Below, one piece after another: positions 45,549-55,190 of a stretch of 64,000 nucleotides of DNA. The translations under genes and the position numbers were made by a program. The notes under the pieces were generated by a model. It was not told where the DNA came from and made no database searches. It saw only the letters and a program-made list of their open reading frames with translations. Position 1 is the first letter of the stretch; each line of letters opens with the position of its first letter. The DNA comes from Candidatus Brocadiia bacterium. GTDB taxonomy: Bacteria > Planctomycetota > Brocadiia > CAIUPP01. The stretch covers positions 1 to 64,000 of the forward strand of contig JBEKCB010000022.1 of assembly GCA_050015075.1 (NCBI GenBank). The letters are read 5' to 3'.

Positions 45549-45800
45549 CTATTCCTTCAGGACGTCGTACAGGCCGGTTTCTTCCGGCGGGATGTCCGGC
45601 AGGCGGCGCGCCGGCCCGCCGCCGGAGAACATCTTCCGGATTTCTTCGATCTGCTTGCCGTAGAACATGACCAGCCCCGTTTGCGTACGGATGTCGCGGA
45701 TGATCTTCAACTGGACGAGAAAGACCACCAGAAAGCAAATCGGCGTCAACAGGTTCGCCATGAAGAAATCCACGACGGTCTTCAATTGCTCCAGGTTCAT
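45549..45800 (-). CDS. Small single-TM hypothetical protein
   Basis: GGAGG RBS, MNLEQLKTVVDFFMANLLTPICFLVVFLVQL. Confidence 0.6.
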   Translation of the reverse strand: MNLEQLKTVVDFFMANLLTPICFLVVFLVQLKIIRDIRTQTGLVMFYGKQIEEIRKMFSGGGPARRLPDIPPEETGLYDVLKE

Positions 45801-45921
45801 CTTTCCTCCGTTCCGCTCCTGCGGCCGGCGCCGGCTTGCCTGCAACGTCCGCGCGCCGTCGCAAAAGCCCCTGCGCCATGCTCCCCAAGGCCGCTGCCGC
45901 GGCCTGAGCTGGAGCCACGCG

Positions 45922-46605
45922 CTAGAATTGCAGCGTGATGTAAATGTCCTTCATCGCGTTCTGCGGGTCCGCGGCGTCATGGATGAGGTACCGCTGGCCC
46001 GGTTTCTCGATCGTGAACTCCTGCTTCACAATATTCCCGGCCGGCCCGAATCTCTCGATCGTGATGACGACCGGTTTCCTCTCCGCGGCTCTCGATCTCG
46101 GCTCCTCGTGCCCGAGGATGACGTGGTCCACCGCGAACGTCGTCGCGCCGCCGTCTCCGACAAAGACGCGCCGGCCGACGCGGCCCATGAGGAAGATCTC
46201 GGCGCCGCGAGGCGGGCCGGCCGCCTTCAACGCGGCGACGTCCGGATTGTCCAGCGGGACGAAACAGAGCAGGTCCGAGCCATCGGGCCGAGTGCGAAAC
46301 GCGTAGTACTTCGCCGGCGTGATTCCCGCATTCAGCGCGTCGTCCGGGAAGACCGTGACTTCCTGGTAGAAGACGTCCGCGACCTTGACGAAGGTGCCGA
46401 GCAACTGCTGCGCCGAGCTGGCGATGCCGAGCGTTTCGGCCGTGACCGGATTGTAAACCTGCGCCGCGGGCTGCTCGCTCGAAGTCGCCTGAGCGGGAAC
46501 GTTTGTCGCCGCCGACGGTTGGTAAACCTGCGCCAGGATCGTGCCAGTGACCAGCGCGCTGCCCAGGATCATGCCGCCGAGGACCCACGTCCGTGTCCGA
46601 ATCAT
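45922..46605 (-). CDS. Hypothetical exported protein
   Basis: GGAGG RBS, signal peptide MIRTRTWVLGGMILGSALVTGTILAQ. Confidence 0.7.
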   Translation of the reverse strand: MIRTRTWVLGGMILGSALVTGTILAQVYQPSAATNVPAQATSSEQPAAQVYNPVTAETLGIASSAQQLLGTFVKVADVFYQEVTVFPDDALNAGITPAKYYAFRTRPDGSDLLCFVPLDNPDVAALKAAGPPRGAEIFLMGRVGRRVFVGDGGATTFAVDHVILGHEEPRSRAAERKPVVITIERFGPAGNIVKQEFTIEKPGQRYLIHDAADPQNAMKDIYITLQF

Positions 46606-46673
46606 CTCGACCTCCCTCACAGGAAGAGCCTACCCGGCAAAACGGCGCAGGAAACGGCTTTGCTTCTGTGAAT

Positions 46674-46744
46674 ATATATATCACTATACAGCGCCCTGTC
46701 AAATAAATCTGGCATTTGACGTTGCTTTCGGAGCGGCATACAAT
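46674..46744. promoter_or_regulatory. Divergent sigma70-type promoters
   Basis: Plus strand TTGACG-N17-TACAAT (46716-46744); minus strand TTGACA-N16-TATATA starting at 46702. Confidence 0.6.
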
Positions 46745-46785
46745 GAGGCCGCTTTGTGGAATCCGCGTCACCGAAGGAGCCCATC

Positions 46786-47970
46786 ATGCCCGGACAAAAG
46801 TTGATCGAGGTCTTCGGTAAGGGGCCGGTCTCGATCGCCCGCGCGCCGGGGCGAGTCAACCTGATCGGCGATCACACCGATTACAACGGCGGCTACGTGC
46901 TGCCGGCGGCGGTGGATCGCGAGGTACGGATTGCGTTCCGCCCGTCGGGCGACGCGCGCGTGGAGATGGTCAGCGCCGACTTCGAAGAGCGCGCCGCCTT
47001 CGACCTCGGCGGGGTCGCGCGCGGCCAGGCGCAGGGCTGGGCCAAATACCCGGCCGGCGTCGCCGCGGCCCTCCAGGCCGAGAAATATCCCGTCGCAGGC
47101 CTGCGCGCCGTCATCCAGGGGAACGTGCCGGTCGGCGCGGGCCTCAGCTCATCGGCGGCGATCGAGGTCGCCTGCGCCCTGGCGTTCTGCAGCGTCTCCG
47201 GACTGAAGATTGATCGCGAGAAACTCGCCCACATCTGCCAGCGCGCCGAGAATGAGTTCGTGGGCATGCAGTGCGGCATCATGGACCAATACGCCTGCCT
47301 GCTCGGACGGAAGGATTGCGCCCTCTTCCTGGACTGCACCACGCTCCAGAGCGAGCTGGTGCCGCTGGATGAACGCGGCGCCAAGATCGTCATCTGCGAC
47401 ACCCGGCTCAAGCGCCAGCTCGTCAACAGCGCCTACAACCGCCGCCGCGGCGAATGCGAGGAGGCCTTCAGGATCCTCAAGCAGCATCTGCCCGATGCGA
47501 AGTCGTACAAGGACATCTCCATCCCCATGTTCCGCGCGTACGCGCACGACCTGCCGGACCCGCTCGGGAAGCGCGCGAAGCACGTGGTGACGGAGAACGC
47601 GCGCGTCGTGCAGGCCGCGCGCCTGCTGAAGAAAGGCGACCTGATCGGCTTCGGCGCCTTAATGGACGCCTCGCACGACAGTTTGCGGGATGATTTCGAG
47701 GTCAGTTGCAAGGAGCTCGACCTGCTGGTCGGCATCGCCCGCGAGTCGGAAGGCGTCTTCGGCAGCCGGATGACCGGGGCGGGATTCGGCGGCTGCACCG
47801 TTGCGCTCGTCCGGCCGGATTGCGTCGAGGCGTTCACCGCGAAAATCTCCGAGGGGTACCGGGCGGACACGGGCGCGGCACCGGGAATCTACATCGTCCG
47901 CGCTTCCGAAGGAGCGACGTATGAAAATGCCGAAGGGAGGTCGGCCATTGAGGAGAGCCCACGGCGATGA
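46786..47970 (+). CDS. galK: Galactokinase
   Basis: APGRVNLIGDHTDYNGGYVLP, PVGAGLSSSAA, CGIMDQ, GSRMTGAGFGGC. Confidence 0.96.
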   Translation: MPGQKLIEVFGKGPVSIARAPGRVNLIGDHTDYNGGYVLPAAVDREVRIAFRPSGDARVEMVSADFEERAAFDLGGVARGQAQGWAKYPAGVAAALQAEKYPVAGLRAVIQGNVPVGAGLSSSAAIEVACALAFCSVSGLKIDREKLAHICQRAENEFVGMQCGIMDQYACLLGRKDCALFLDCTTLQSELVPLDERGAKIVICDTRLKRQLVNSAYNRRRGECEEAFRILKQHLPDAKSYKDISIPMFRAYAHDLPDPLGKRAKHVVTENARVVQAARLLKKGDLIGFGALMDASHDSLRDDFEVSCKELDLLVGIARESEGVFGSRMTGAGFGGCTVALVRPDCVEAFTAKISEGYRADTGAAPGIYIVRASEGATYENAEGRSAIEESPRR

Positions 47971-48995
47971 TTAAAGAGGCGATCCGCAGGCTGACCGAAC
48001 GGCGCGACCTGACCTCCGAAGAGTGCGCGCAGGCGATGAACGAGGTGATGAGCGGCGAGGCGACGCCGGCGCAGGTCGCGGCCTTCATCGTCGCGCTGCG
48101 CATGAAGGGCGAGACGCCGGAGGAGATCGCCGGCTGCGCCCGCGTGATGCGCGCGAAGGCGCGCCGCATCGAGGCCGGCGCCGAGGTCGTGCTCGATACC
48201 TGCGGCACCGGCGGCGATGCGCGGAACACGTTCAACATCTCCACCGCGGCGGCGTTCGTCGCGGCCGGCGCGGGCGCGACCGTGGCCAAGCACGGCAACC
48301 GCGCCGTCAGCTCGCACAGCGGCTCGGCGGACGTCCTCCGGCAACTCGGCGTGAACATCGAAGCCGGGCCCGACGTGGTCGAGCGCTGCCTGCGCGAGGT
48401 CCGGATCGGGTTCCTCTACGCGCCGATGCTCCACGAGGCGATGAAGTTCGCCATCGGCCCGCGGCGCGAGATCGGCATCCGCACCGTCTTCAACCTGCTC
48501 GGTCCGCTGACCAACCCCGCCGGCGCGCGCCACCAGCTCATCGGCGTGTACGACCCCGCCCTGCCGCCGGTCCTCGCCGCGGTGCTCAAGACCCTCGGCA
48601 GCGAGCGATGCCTCGTCGTCCACGGCGACGACGGCCTCGACGAAATCACGACGACGGGCAAAACGCTCGTGGCGGAGCTGAAGGACGGCGAGGTGACGAC
48701 GCGCGAATGGGCGCCGGAGCAGTTCGGCTTGCCGCGCGCGAAGCTCTCGGACCTGGTCGTCCGGAGCGTTGAAGAGGCCGCCGAGGCGGTCCGCTCCGTC
48801 TTGAAGGGCGAGCGCGGCCCCCGGCGCGACATCGTCGCGCTGAACGCCGGGGCGGCGATCATGGTGGCCGGTCTCGCCGACGACCTTCCCTCGGGCATCC
48901 GCCGCGCGGAGCAGGCGATGGACACCGGCGCTGCGGAGCGCGCCTTGAAGGAACTGATCCGCATTACGAACGGGAGTCCGAACGGCGAGCGATGA
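47967..48995 (+). CDS. trpD: Anthranilate phosphoribosyltransferase
   Basis: DTCGTGGD..TFNIST, AKHGNRAVSSHSGSADVL, RTVFNLLGPLTNP, GLDEI. Confidence 0.96.
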   Translation: MIKEAIRRLTERRDLTSEECAQAMNEVMSGEATPAQVAAFIVALRMKGETPEEIAGCARVMRAKARRIEAGAEVVLDTCGTGGDARNTFNISTAAAFVAAGAGATVAKHGNRAVSSHSGSADVLRQLGVNIEAGPDVVERCLREVRIGFLYAPMLHEAMKFAIGPRREIGIRTVFNLLGPLTNPAGARHQLIGVYDPALPPVLAAVLKTLGSERCLVVHGDDGLDEITTTGKTLVAELKDGEVTTREWAPEQFGLPRAKLSDLVVRSVEEAAEAVRSVLKGERGPRRDIVALNAGAAIMVAGLADDLPSGIRRAEQAMDTGAAERALKELIRITNGSPNGER

Positions 48996-49024
48996 GTGAT
49001 GGAATACTCCATCACTCATCGCTC
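48987..49024. terminator. Perfect 17-bp hairpin (TGAGTGATG family) between convergent genes
   Basis: GAGCGATGAGTGATGGA-ATAC-TCCATCACTCATCGCTC, overlapping the trpD stop. Confidence 0.7.
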
Positions 49025-49044
49025 CCACTTCCTCGTCTCCAGCG

Positions 49045-50883
49045 TCACTTCTCCGGCGCAGGCGGCGTCAGTGGCGCAGACGGCGGCGGAACCGGCGCCT
49101 CAGGCGGCTGAGCGCCCGGAGCGGCGCCCGGCGGCGGCGCAGACAGGGACTTGATTCCGTCCGCAATCGCCTTGATCTCCGCGGCGGGGATGTGCACGTT
49201 GCAGGTCACCGAACTCCCGGCCGGCGCGGTGACGAAGATCGCCGTGACGCCCGGGCCGCGCTGGAAGGGTATATCCGGAATGGGCAGTTGCCCGACCGAG
49301 CGGGCCATCGAAATCCCGAATTCCACGAACCCCGTAAGGTGAACCAGGCAGAATCCGCAGGACTCGGGCGGGATCGAAGCCACCGTCTTCGCGAAGTCTT
49401 CCCGGTCGCCCAGTTTCTTCAGCTTGCCGTCAATGATCTGCTTGAGCGTGTCGAGCGCGTCGCTTCCCTGGGCCATCACCTCGTCCTTCCCCAGAACCAC
49501 CAGGTCCTGGGTCAGCGCGTCGCCGAACATGGCCTTGATCGTCTTCTGCTGCGCGTCGGCCGCCGCCGCCTGGTCCGGCGTGGCGCCGGCCGCCGGCTTG
49601 ATATCGAACGCCCATTTCATCTGCGTGATTTCCTGGTCATTGTACTTGACGACTTCCGACTGGAGCTGCATCGGCATGTTCATGTTCGCGTAGAAGCCGG
49701 CGAGCGCGCCGTAAAGTGTGGGCATTTTCTGAAGCAGCGCCTTGAAGATTTCGGGATCCTTGAGGGACATGGCGCCGACCATGCGGAATCCCGGGCCGGA
49801 ACGAACCGCGAAGACCGCATCGTCGCCGACCGCCTTGAACCAGGCGGAGAATTGGCTGAAGATCAGCGCGGACTGTGCCGGGTCCACTCCGCCCGTGGCC
49901 ATGATTTTCGTGGTGAGCGCGATGAGCGGGATTTCCAGCGGCGCCAGGTTGCCCACCTTGAACGCGCACACGGCGAAGGCGTCCTCCGGCACGTACTTCA
50001 GCGTCGCCGGGATGCCGGTCGGGACGGTGGCCAGATACGCGGCCAGCAGACCGCCCTGGACGGGCGCGAGCTTCGCCGACAGATTGATCTCCTGCGCGTC
50101 CGGAGTCAGCGACACGGTCGCTCGCTCCGCCTGCTTCACCGCCGTTTCGAGGGCGTCCACCTCGACGTCAATCGCGTCGCGGGCCTGCTGGCTCTTCGCC
50201 GGGTCCGTCTGCGCCATGGCGATCTTGCTCTTCAAGCTCTCCTTCAACTCGGTGAACACGCCGCCCTTTTCGTCGGCCAGGTGATTGAGCAGCGCCTTGA
50301 CCTCGATGCTGGCGACCACGTCGCCGCCTTGCAGCATGGCGTCCGCGGGGAGCGCGTTGCTGTTCACGAGCGCGAGCACCTGCCCGACGGCCGCCGCATT
50401 CTCGCCGATGCAGATCACCTTGCCGGCTTCGCCGACGGCCACCGTCTCCTGGTCCTGCGTGTAGGTCGTGACGCCGTCCTTCTCCTCGCCTTTCTTCAGG
50501 CCCGGCTCCAGCGTGGAGCGATAGACGGCGGGGTCCTTGACGGTGCACTGCAAGATCGCCACGACCTTGCGCGGGCCGGCTTTCACAAGGACGAAGCGCA
50601 CCGGTTGCGTCACGTCCATCTGGCTGGGATCGGTCGAGTGGAAGGCTTCATCGAAGACCTCGAGAATCGGGGGAATCTGTCCGGGCGGCAACGCCCCGGT
50701 CGCGTTCACGAAGTCGGTCACGTGCTTCTGGAGCGTCTCGACGCTGGCGAACTCCACGACCGCCAGCACCCCGGCGGGCAACCCGGCCGGCTTCACGGCC
50801 GGGACTTCGGCAGGGCCGGCCTGACCGAAGGCGACGCCCGACGCCAACAGCGCGGCTGCGACCATGCTCCATATGCGTTTCAT
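49045..50883 (-). CDS. Hypothetical exported protein with a Pro-rich tail
   Basis: AAGGAG RBS, signal peptide MKRIWSMVAAALLASGVAFG, host-like codon usage. Confidence 0.8.
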   Translation of the reverse strand: MKRIWSMVAAALLASGVAFGQAGPAEVPAVKPAGLPAGVLAVVEFASVETLQKHVTDFVNATGALPPGQIPPILEVFDEAFHSTDPSQMDVTQPVRFVLVKAGPRKVVAILQCTVKDPAVYRSTLEPGLKKGEEKDGVTTYTQDQETVAVGEAGKVICIGENAAAVGQVLALVNSNALPADAMLQGGDVVASIEVKALLNHLADEKGGVFTELKESLKSKIAMAQTDPAKSQQARDAIDVEVDALETAVKQAERATVSLTPDAQEINLSAKLAPVQGGLLAAYLATVPTGIPATLKYVPEDAFAVCAFKVGNLAPLEIPLIALTTKIMATGGVDPAQSALIFSQFSAWFKAVGDDAVFAVRSGPGFRMVGAMSLKDPEIFKALLQKMPTLYGALAGFYANMNMPMQLQSEVVKYNDQEITQMKWAFDIKPAAGATPDQAAAADAQQKTIKAMFGDALTQDLVVLGKDEVMAQGSDALDTLKQIIDGKLKKLGDREDFAKTVASIPPESCGFCLVHLTGFVEFGISMARSVGQLPIPDIPFQRGPGVTAIFVTAPAGSSVTCNVHIPAAEIKAIADGIKSLSAPPPGAAPGAQPPEAPVPPPSAPLTPPAPEK

Positions 50884-50923
50884 CCGGAACTCCTTCATAA
50901 AAAGAAATGCTCTCCGAATCCTC

Positions 50924-51700
50924 TCAATGCATCACCGCGCCGCCGGTGAGGTTGATCGCCTGGCCGGTGATGTACGAAGCGTCGTCGCCGGCGAGGAACA
51001 CGGCCACCCGGGCCACCTCGTCCGGTTCGCAAACCCGGCCGAGCGGAATCCGGCTGACCAGGTACGGGCGCACCTCTTCCGGCTTCATGTTGCGCTTGCG
51101 GGCGTAATCGGCCTCCTGGCTCTCCCACATCGGCGTCGGCACGATGCCCGGACAGAGCGCGTTGACGCGGATGCCGTGCGGGGCGAACTCGACGGCGAGC
51201 GACTGCGTCAGGCCGATGACGCCGAACTTGCTGGCGCAGTACGCGGCGAACTGCGTGTTGCCGACCTTGCCGGACTGCGAGGAGAGGTTGACGATCGCGC
51301 CTCGTTTGCGCGGCAGCATCCGCCGGATGGCCGCCTGGCAGCCGAAGAAAACGCCCTTGAGGTTCACGTCGAGAATCTGGTCCCAGGTCTGCTCGGTGCA
51401 GTCGAGGAACGGGACGATTTTCGAGACGCCGGCGGCATTGACCCACGTCTCGATGGCGCCGAGCTGCCGCTCGATGTCGTCCGAGATCCGCTCGACGCCG
51501 GCGCGATCGGTGACATCCATCTTCCAGGCCTGGCCGCGTCCGTTCTCGCTCTGGATGTCGAGCGCGGTGGTCTCCGCCGCGTCGAGGCGGGCGTCGCATA
51601 CGGCCACCGCGCAGCCGGCCTTCGCGAACGCGCGCGCGATGGCCGCGCCGATGCCGCCTCCGCCGCCCGCGACGACCACCGTCTGCTCGTTCATCTTCAC
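50924..51700 (-). CDS. SDR oxidoreductase (polyol/sorbitol-6-phosphate dehydrogenase-like)
   Basis: GGGGGIG, NAAG, SSQSGKVG, YCASKFG, GQAINLTGG. Confidence 0.9.
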   Translation of the reverse strand: MKMNEQTVVVAGGGGGIGAAIARAFAKAGCAVAVCDARLDAAETTALDIQSENGRGQAWKMDVTDRAGVERISDDIERQLGAIETWVNAAGVSKIVPFLDCTEQTWDQILDVNLKGVFFGCQAAIRRMLPRKRGAIVNLSSQSGKVGNTQFAAYCASKFGVIGLTQSLAVEFAPHGIRVNALCPGIVPTPMWESQEADYARKRNMKPEEVRPYLVSRIPLGRVCEPDEVARVAVFLAGDDASYITGQAINLTGGAVMH

Positions 51701-52743
51701 GTTTCACCCGGAATGATGACGACCTTGAACGATTCCTTCCGCTTCATCAGCTCGATGCCCTCCCAGATTTCCGAGAGCGGCAAGCGATGCGTCACCAGCG
51801 CCGCGGCATCCACCTTGCCTGCGGCGAGAAGATCCACGGCCTTCTGGACGTGCTCGGGCCGCGAATCGGAGCAGCCCACGACGCGGAGTTCGCCGTAGTG
51901 GATCGTGCGGCTGTCTAACAAAATGGCGGATTCGCCCTTGGGCAGGCTGCTGAAAAGGCTGACGGCGCCGCCCTTCCGCGCGAGATCGAGCGACTTCTCC
52001 TGCGCGTCTCGGTCCGGCGCGCATATCAAGACGACGTCCGCTCCGAGACCGTCAGTTTGCGCCAGCACGCGGGCCTTGACATCTTCGTGCGCGCCGTCAA
52101 TCACCGTCACGCCGCGCAGCTTGCGCAGGAGCGAAAGCCGAGGCTCCGAGCGCTGCACCACCATCACCACAGCGGCGCCGGCCGCCCGGGCCAGTTCCGC
52201 GTGAATCGCGCCCAGCGGACCGCCTCCGACGATCACAACGCGGTCCCCGGCTTTCAGGCCGGCCAACTCCTGCGCGTTGATCGCGCAGCTCATCGGCTCG
52301 CTCAGCGCCGCGGCTTCGTCGGGCACGTTTCCGGGCACCTTGATGATGTTGCCGCCCGCCAGCGCCAGCGGCGGAACGGCCATTCGGCTCGCGAAGGCCC
52401 CGTCGTGCACCATGCTGATCGGCTCGCACCTCGGGCAGAGGTTGCCGAGCCCGCGCGCGCAGATCGGGCAATGTCCGCAGGCGAGGGTCGTCGCCAGCGT
52501 GACGCGCTCGCCGACGGCGAATCCCTGCGTGCGGCTGCCCGCGTGGATGATCCGGCCGACGAGTTCATGCCCGATAATGACGGGCTTCGTCCAGCGCGGG
52601 TGGCCGATGGTCGCGAGCTTCACGTCGGTGCCGCAGATGGCGCAGCAGGCGATCTCGAGGAGCAAGTTGTCCTCGCGCGCCTGGGGCTCGGGCCGGTCGC
52701 AGACTTCAATGTGGCCCGGGCCGAAATAGACCGCAGCCTTCAC
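51697..52743 (-). CDS. Zn-dependent (MDR) sugar-alcohol dehydrogenase
   Basis: ICGTD, GHE, CGHCPICARGLGNLC, LSEPMSC, GGGPLG. Confidence 0.9.
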   Translation of the reverse strand: MKAAVYFGPGHIEVCDRPEPQAREDNLLLEIACCAICGTDVKLATIGHPRWTKPVIIGHELVGRIIHAGSRTQGFAVGERVTLATTLACGHCPICARGLGNLCPRCEPISMVHDGAFASRMAVPPLALAGGNIIKVPGNVPDEAAALSEPMSCAINAQELAGLKAGDRVVIVGGGPLGAIHAELARAAGAAVVMVVQRSEPRLSLLRKLRGVTVIDGAHEDVKARVLAQTDGLGADVVLICAPDRDAQEKSLDLARKGGAVSLFSSLPKGESAILLDSRTIHYGELRVVGCSDSRPEHVQKAVDLLAAGKVDAAALVTHRLPLSEIWEGIELMKRKESFKVVIIPGET

Positions 52744-52749
52744 AGCCGT

Positions 52750-53598
52750 TCACTCCTTGGCGCCATACTGTCGCAGTTGAACATCCGTCCGCGCGAGCCG
52801 CCCCGTCCGATCCCACCGGAAGGCGGCGTCCGCGAAGCGCGCCGACGCGCGGCTCAGCCGGATGTTCGGCCCGTCCGTGCGCCGGAAATGATTCTCGATC
52901 CATTCCGCGTCGCGGCCGGCGGCGGCGTGCCGGCGCGCCAGCCGCTCGCGCAGCACCGCGTCGTCCGCATCCAGGAAGATTTTCCGGTCGAACAGGCCCC
53001 GAATCTCCCGCCACGCGGGCTGGTCCAGGAACAGGTAATTCCCCTCTGCGAAAACCCACTTCACTTCCGGGCCGATGCGGATTCGGTCCGGGATCGGATC
53101 ATGCAGCACGCGGCTGTAACCGGGCAGCCGGCGCTCGCGACCCTCGGACTTCAGCGCGCGCAGATCGGCCAGCAGCCGCTCCGCATCGAAGGTCGCCGGC
53201 GCGCCCTTGAGCTTTCGCAGCGAGACCGGGTTGCCCTCCGGATCCAGGCCGATGCGGCGATCCAGCAGGTCATTCGGCAGATGGTAGCCGTCCAAGGCGA
53301 GAAAAGCAAATTCCTTCCATTCGAGCGCCCTGGCTGTGGCCGCCAGCCATGCCAGCAGCAGCGTTTTCCCGCCGCCGGGGGGCGCGGCAACACCCACAAG
53401 TCCGCGGCCGGGAGTGGTCGCCGTACGCTCCGCGCACCATTCCAGCAGGGGCAGCAGCGTCTCGCGGACGTCCTCCGCCGACGGCAGCGCGGTCACCGGC
53501 TTCTCGTCTGCCAGGATCTCGCCGGCACGCAGAATCTCCGCCGCTTTCGACGCGACCGGCGCGATTTCCGGCGGCGGATTCTTGGGCATCGGTCTCAC
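52750..53598 (-). CDS. P-loop kinase, YggC/FrcK-like (uridine/pantothenate kinase superfamily)
   Basis: GVAAPPGGGKT, LDGYHL, KGAPATFD, AEGNYL. Confidence 0.8.
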   Translation of the reverse strand: MRPMPKNPPPEIAPVASKAAEILRAGEILADEKPVTALPSAEDVRETLLPLLEWCAERTATTPGRGLVGVAAPPGGGKTLLLAWLAATARALEWKEFAFLALDGYHLPNDLLDRRIGLDPEGNPVSLRKLKGAPATFDAERLLADLRALKSEGRERRLPGYSRVLHDPIPDRIRIGPEVKWVFAEGNYLFLDQPAWREIRGLFDRKIFLDADDAVLRERLARRHAAAGRDAEWIENHFRRTDGPNIRLSRASARFADAAFRWDRTGRLARTDVQLRQYGAKE

Positions 53599-55157
53599 CG
53601 TGCCTCGGCGAACGGCTCCACGTGGCGCCTCATGTGCCGGGCCACGGTCTCGTAATGCACGTCCTCGTTCGACGCCAGCGCGTTGAGGAGCCGGTCGCGG
53701 AAGCGATAGTTCCCGGCGGGATCCTTGACGGTCAGTACCGAGCCGAACGTGACGTGCAGCACCTGACGGCCGTCATTGCCGCTCAGGACGGAGGCGAGCT
53801 GCCGGTCCGGGAGCTGATCCGGCGCCGGGACGGCGGCCGGGTTGGCCGAGACGTGATAGGAAGCCTTGTCCTCGCCGTATCGCTCGAGCGCGAAGGCCAG
53901 GATCTCCCGGAAGAGGTCCGGCTGAACCCCGGCGATGGCGCGGAGCGCTTCGAGGTAACTGGTGCCGGCGGTCTTGAGATGGATCAGCTCGCGCGCGTGT
54001 TTCGCGGCGATCGGGTAGATCGAGAACTTGTCGGAGCCGCTGTGGATGCTGATCTTGTAAGGGCCGAGGTGGCGGGCGATCTTGACGTGCTGCGCGAAGG
54101 CCGTCTCGAAGGCGGACAGGTCGCCCTTGTAATCAATTCCCTTCTCGAACGCGCCGATGAAGCGCGGCGCCAGGCTGACGACCGGAACGCCCAGGCGCTT
54201 CAGCTCGTGCGCGACGTAATAATGCTCGTGCGGCGTGGTCGGAGAATCGGTCTCGTCCACGGACATCTCGAGCTCGGTCTGCCGACCCGACGCGGCCTGC
54301 GCCAGGTGCCGATGCATGCGCCGGGTGTGCGCGACGGCCCGGCCGTACTTGACCACGGCGCGCAGGAGCGTTTCCTCGTCGAACGACAGGTCCATGTCGG
54401 GGCCGACGCGGTGCGCCCGGCCGAGGAACGCTCTGCGGCAGTCCGCTTCGGTCGTCTCCAGGTCCGTCCAGGGAATTCCCTTGAGCTTGCCGGCGAGGAC
54501 CTCGGCGCTTTCGCGGCCGGCGGCGTTATCCACGTGATCGCCCGGGTCAATCGTGAACATGCGGAACCCGGCCGCGAGGGTGACATCAATATCGGCGGTG
54601 GATTTGAGATGATCCGCGTCGGCGCCGAAACCGTCGCGGAAGCCTTCCTCGAACACGCCCCAGAGCGCGTCTTCCATCACCTGCTCCGCGGTGCGTTGAG
54701 TGCGCGTCATTTCGCGGATGGACTGCTGCGCGAACACCGGCCTGACGCCGCTCCCGCGCACCGCGCGGATATGGCCGGGCGTGGCCAGGCCGAGCCGGTC
54801 GCCCATCCCGATGCAGCGGCAAAGTCCCAGGCACTGCGGATTCAGGTAGGGAAGCGCCGCGGCGAGCGCGGAAGCGTTGGCGCGGTCCCGCACGCACAGC
54901 TTGAGCCGGGCGCCATGCGCCGTGTCGGCCGTCTCGCCGCGGAAACCGCCGGCGTCCTGCCGCGACAGAATGCAGAGGAGTTTCGCCGCCCCGCGACGGC
55001 CGACGAAATAGACGCGCCCGTCCCGGGCGACGATGGACCGCGGATAGACCGTCAGCCGTGAAATGCCCGCCAGCTCGCCGGCGGCGGTCTCCGCCTCATG
55101 CCCGGAAAACGGCGCCGCCAGTTCGCGCGCGTCCAGCAGGGGAAGCAGTGCGCTCAT
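53595..55157 (-). CDS. uxaE: Tagaturonate/fructuronate epimerase family protein
   Basis: GMGDRLGLATPGH, FAQQSIREMTRT, GADADHLK, EMSVDET, SLAPRFIGAFEKGIDY, SIHSGSDKFS, HLKTAGTSYLEAL, RQVLHVTFGS. Confidence 0.9.
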   Translation of the reverse strand: MSALLPLLDARELAAPFSGHEAETAAGELAGISRLTVYPRSIVARDGRVYFVGRRGAAKLLCILSRQDAGGFRGETADTAHGARLKLCVRDRANASALAAALPYLNPQCLGLCRCIGMGDRLGLATPGHIRAVRGSGVRPVFAQQSIREMTRTQRTAEQVMEDALWGVFEEGFRDGFGADADHLKSTADIDVTLAAGFRMFTIDPGDHVDNAAGRESAEVLAGKLKGIPWTDLETTEADCRRAFLGRAHRVGPDMDLSFDEETLLRAVVKYGRAVAHTRRMHRHLAQAASGRQTELEMSVDETDSPTTPHEHYYVAHELKRLGVPVVSLAPRFIGAFEKGIDYKGDLSAFETAFAQHVKIARHLGPYKISIHSGSDKFSIYPIAAKHARELIHLKTAGTSYLEALRAIAGVQPDLFREILAFALERYGEDKASYHVSANPAAVPAPDQLPDRQLASVLSGNDGRQVLHVTFGSVLTVKDPAGNYRFRDRLLNALASNEDVHYETVARHMRRHVEPFAEAR

Positions 55158-55190
55158 GACAAGGTCCCACTGACGACGGAGAATGCGCGG

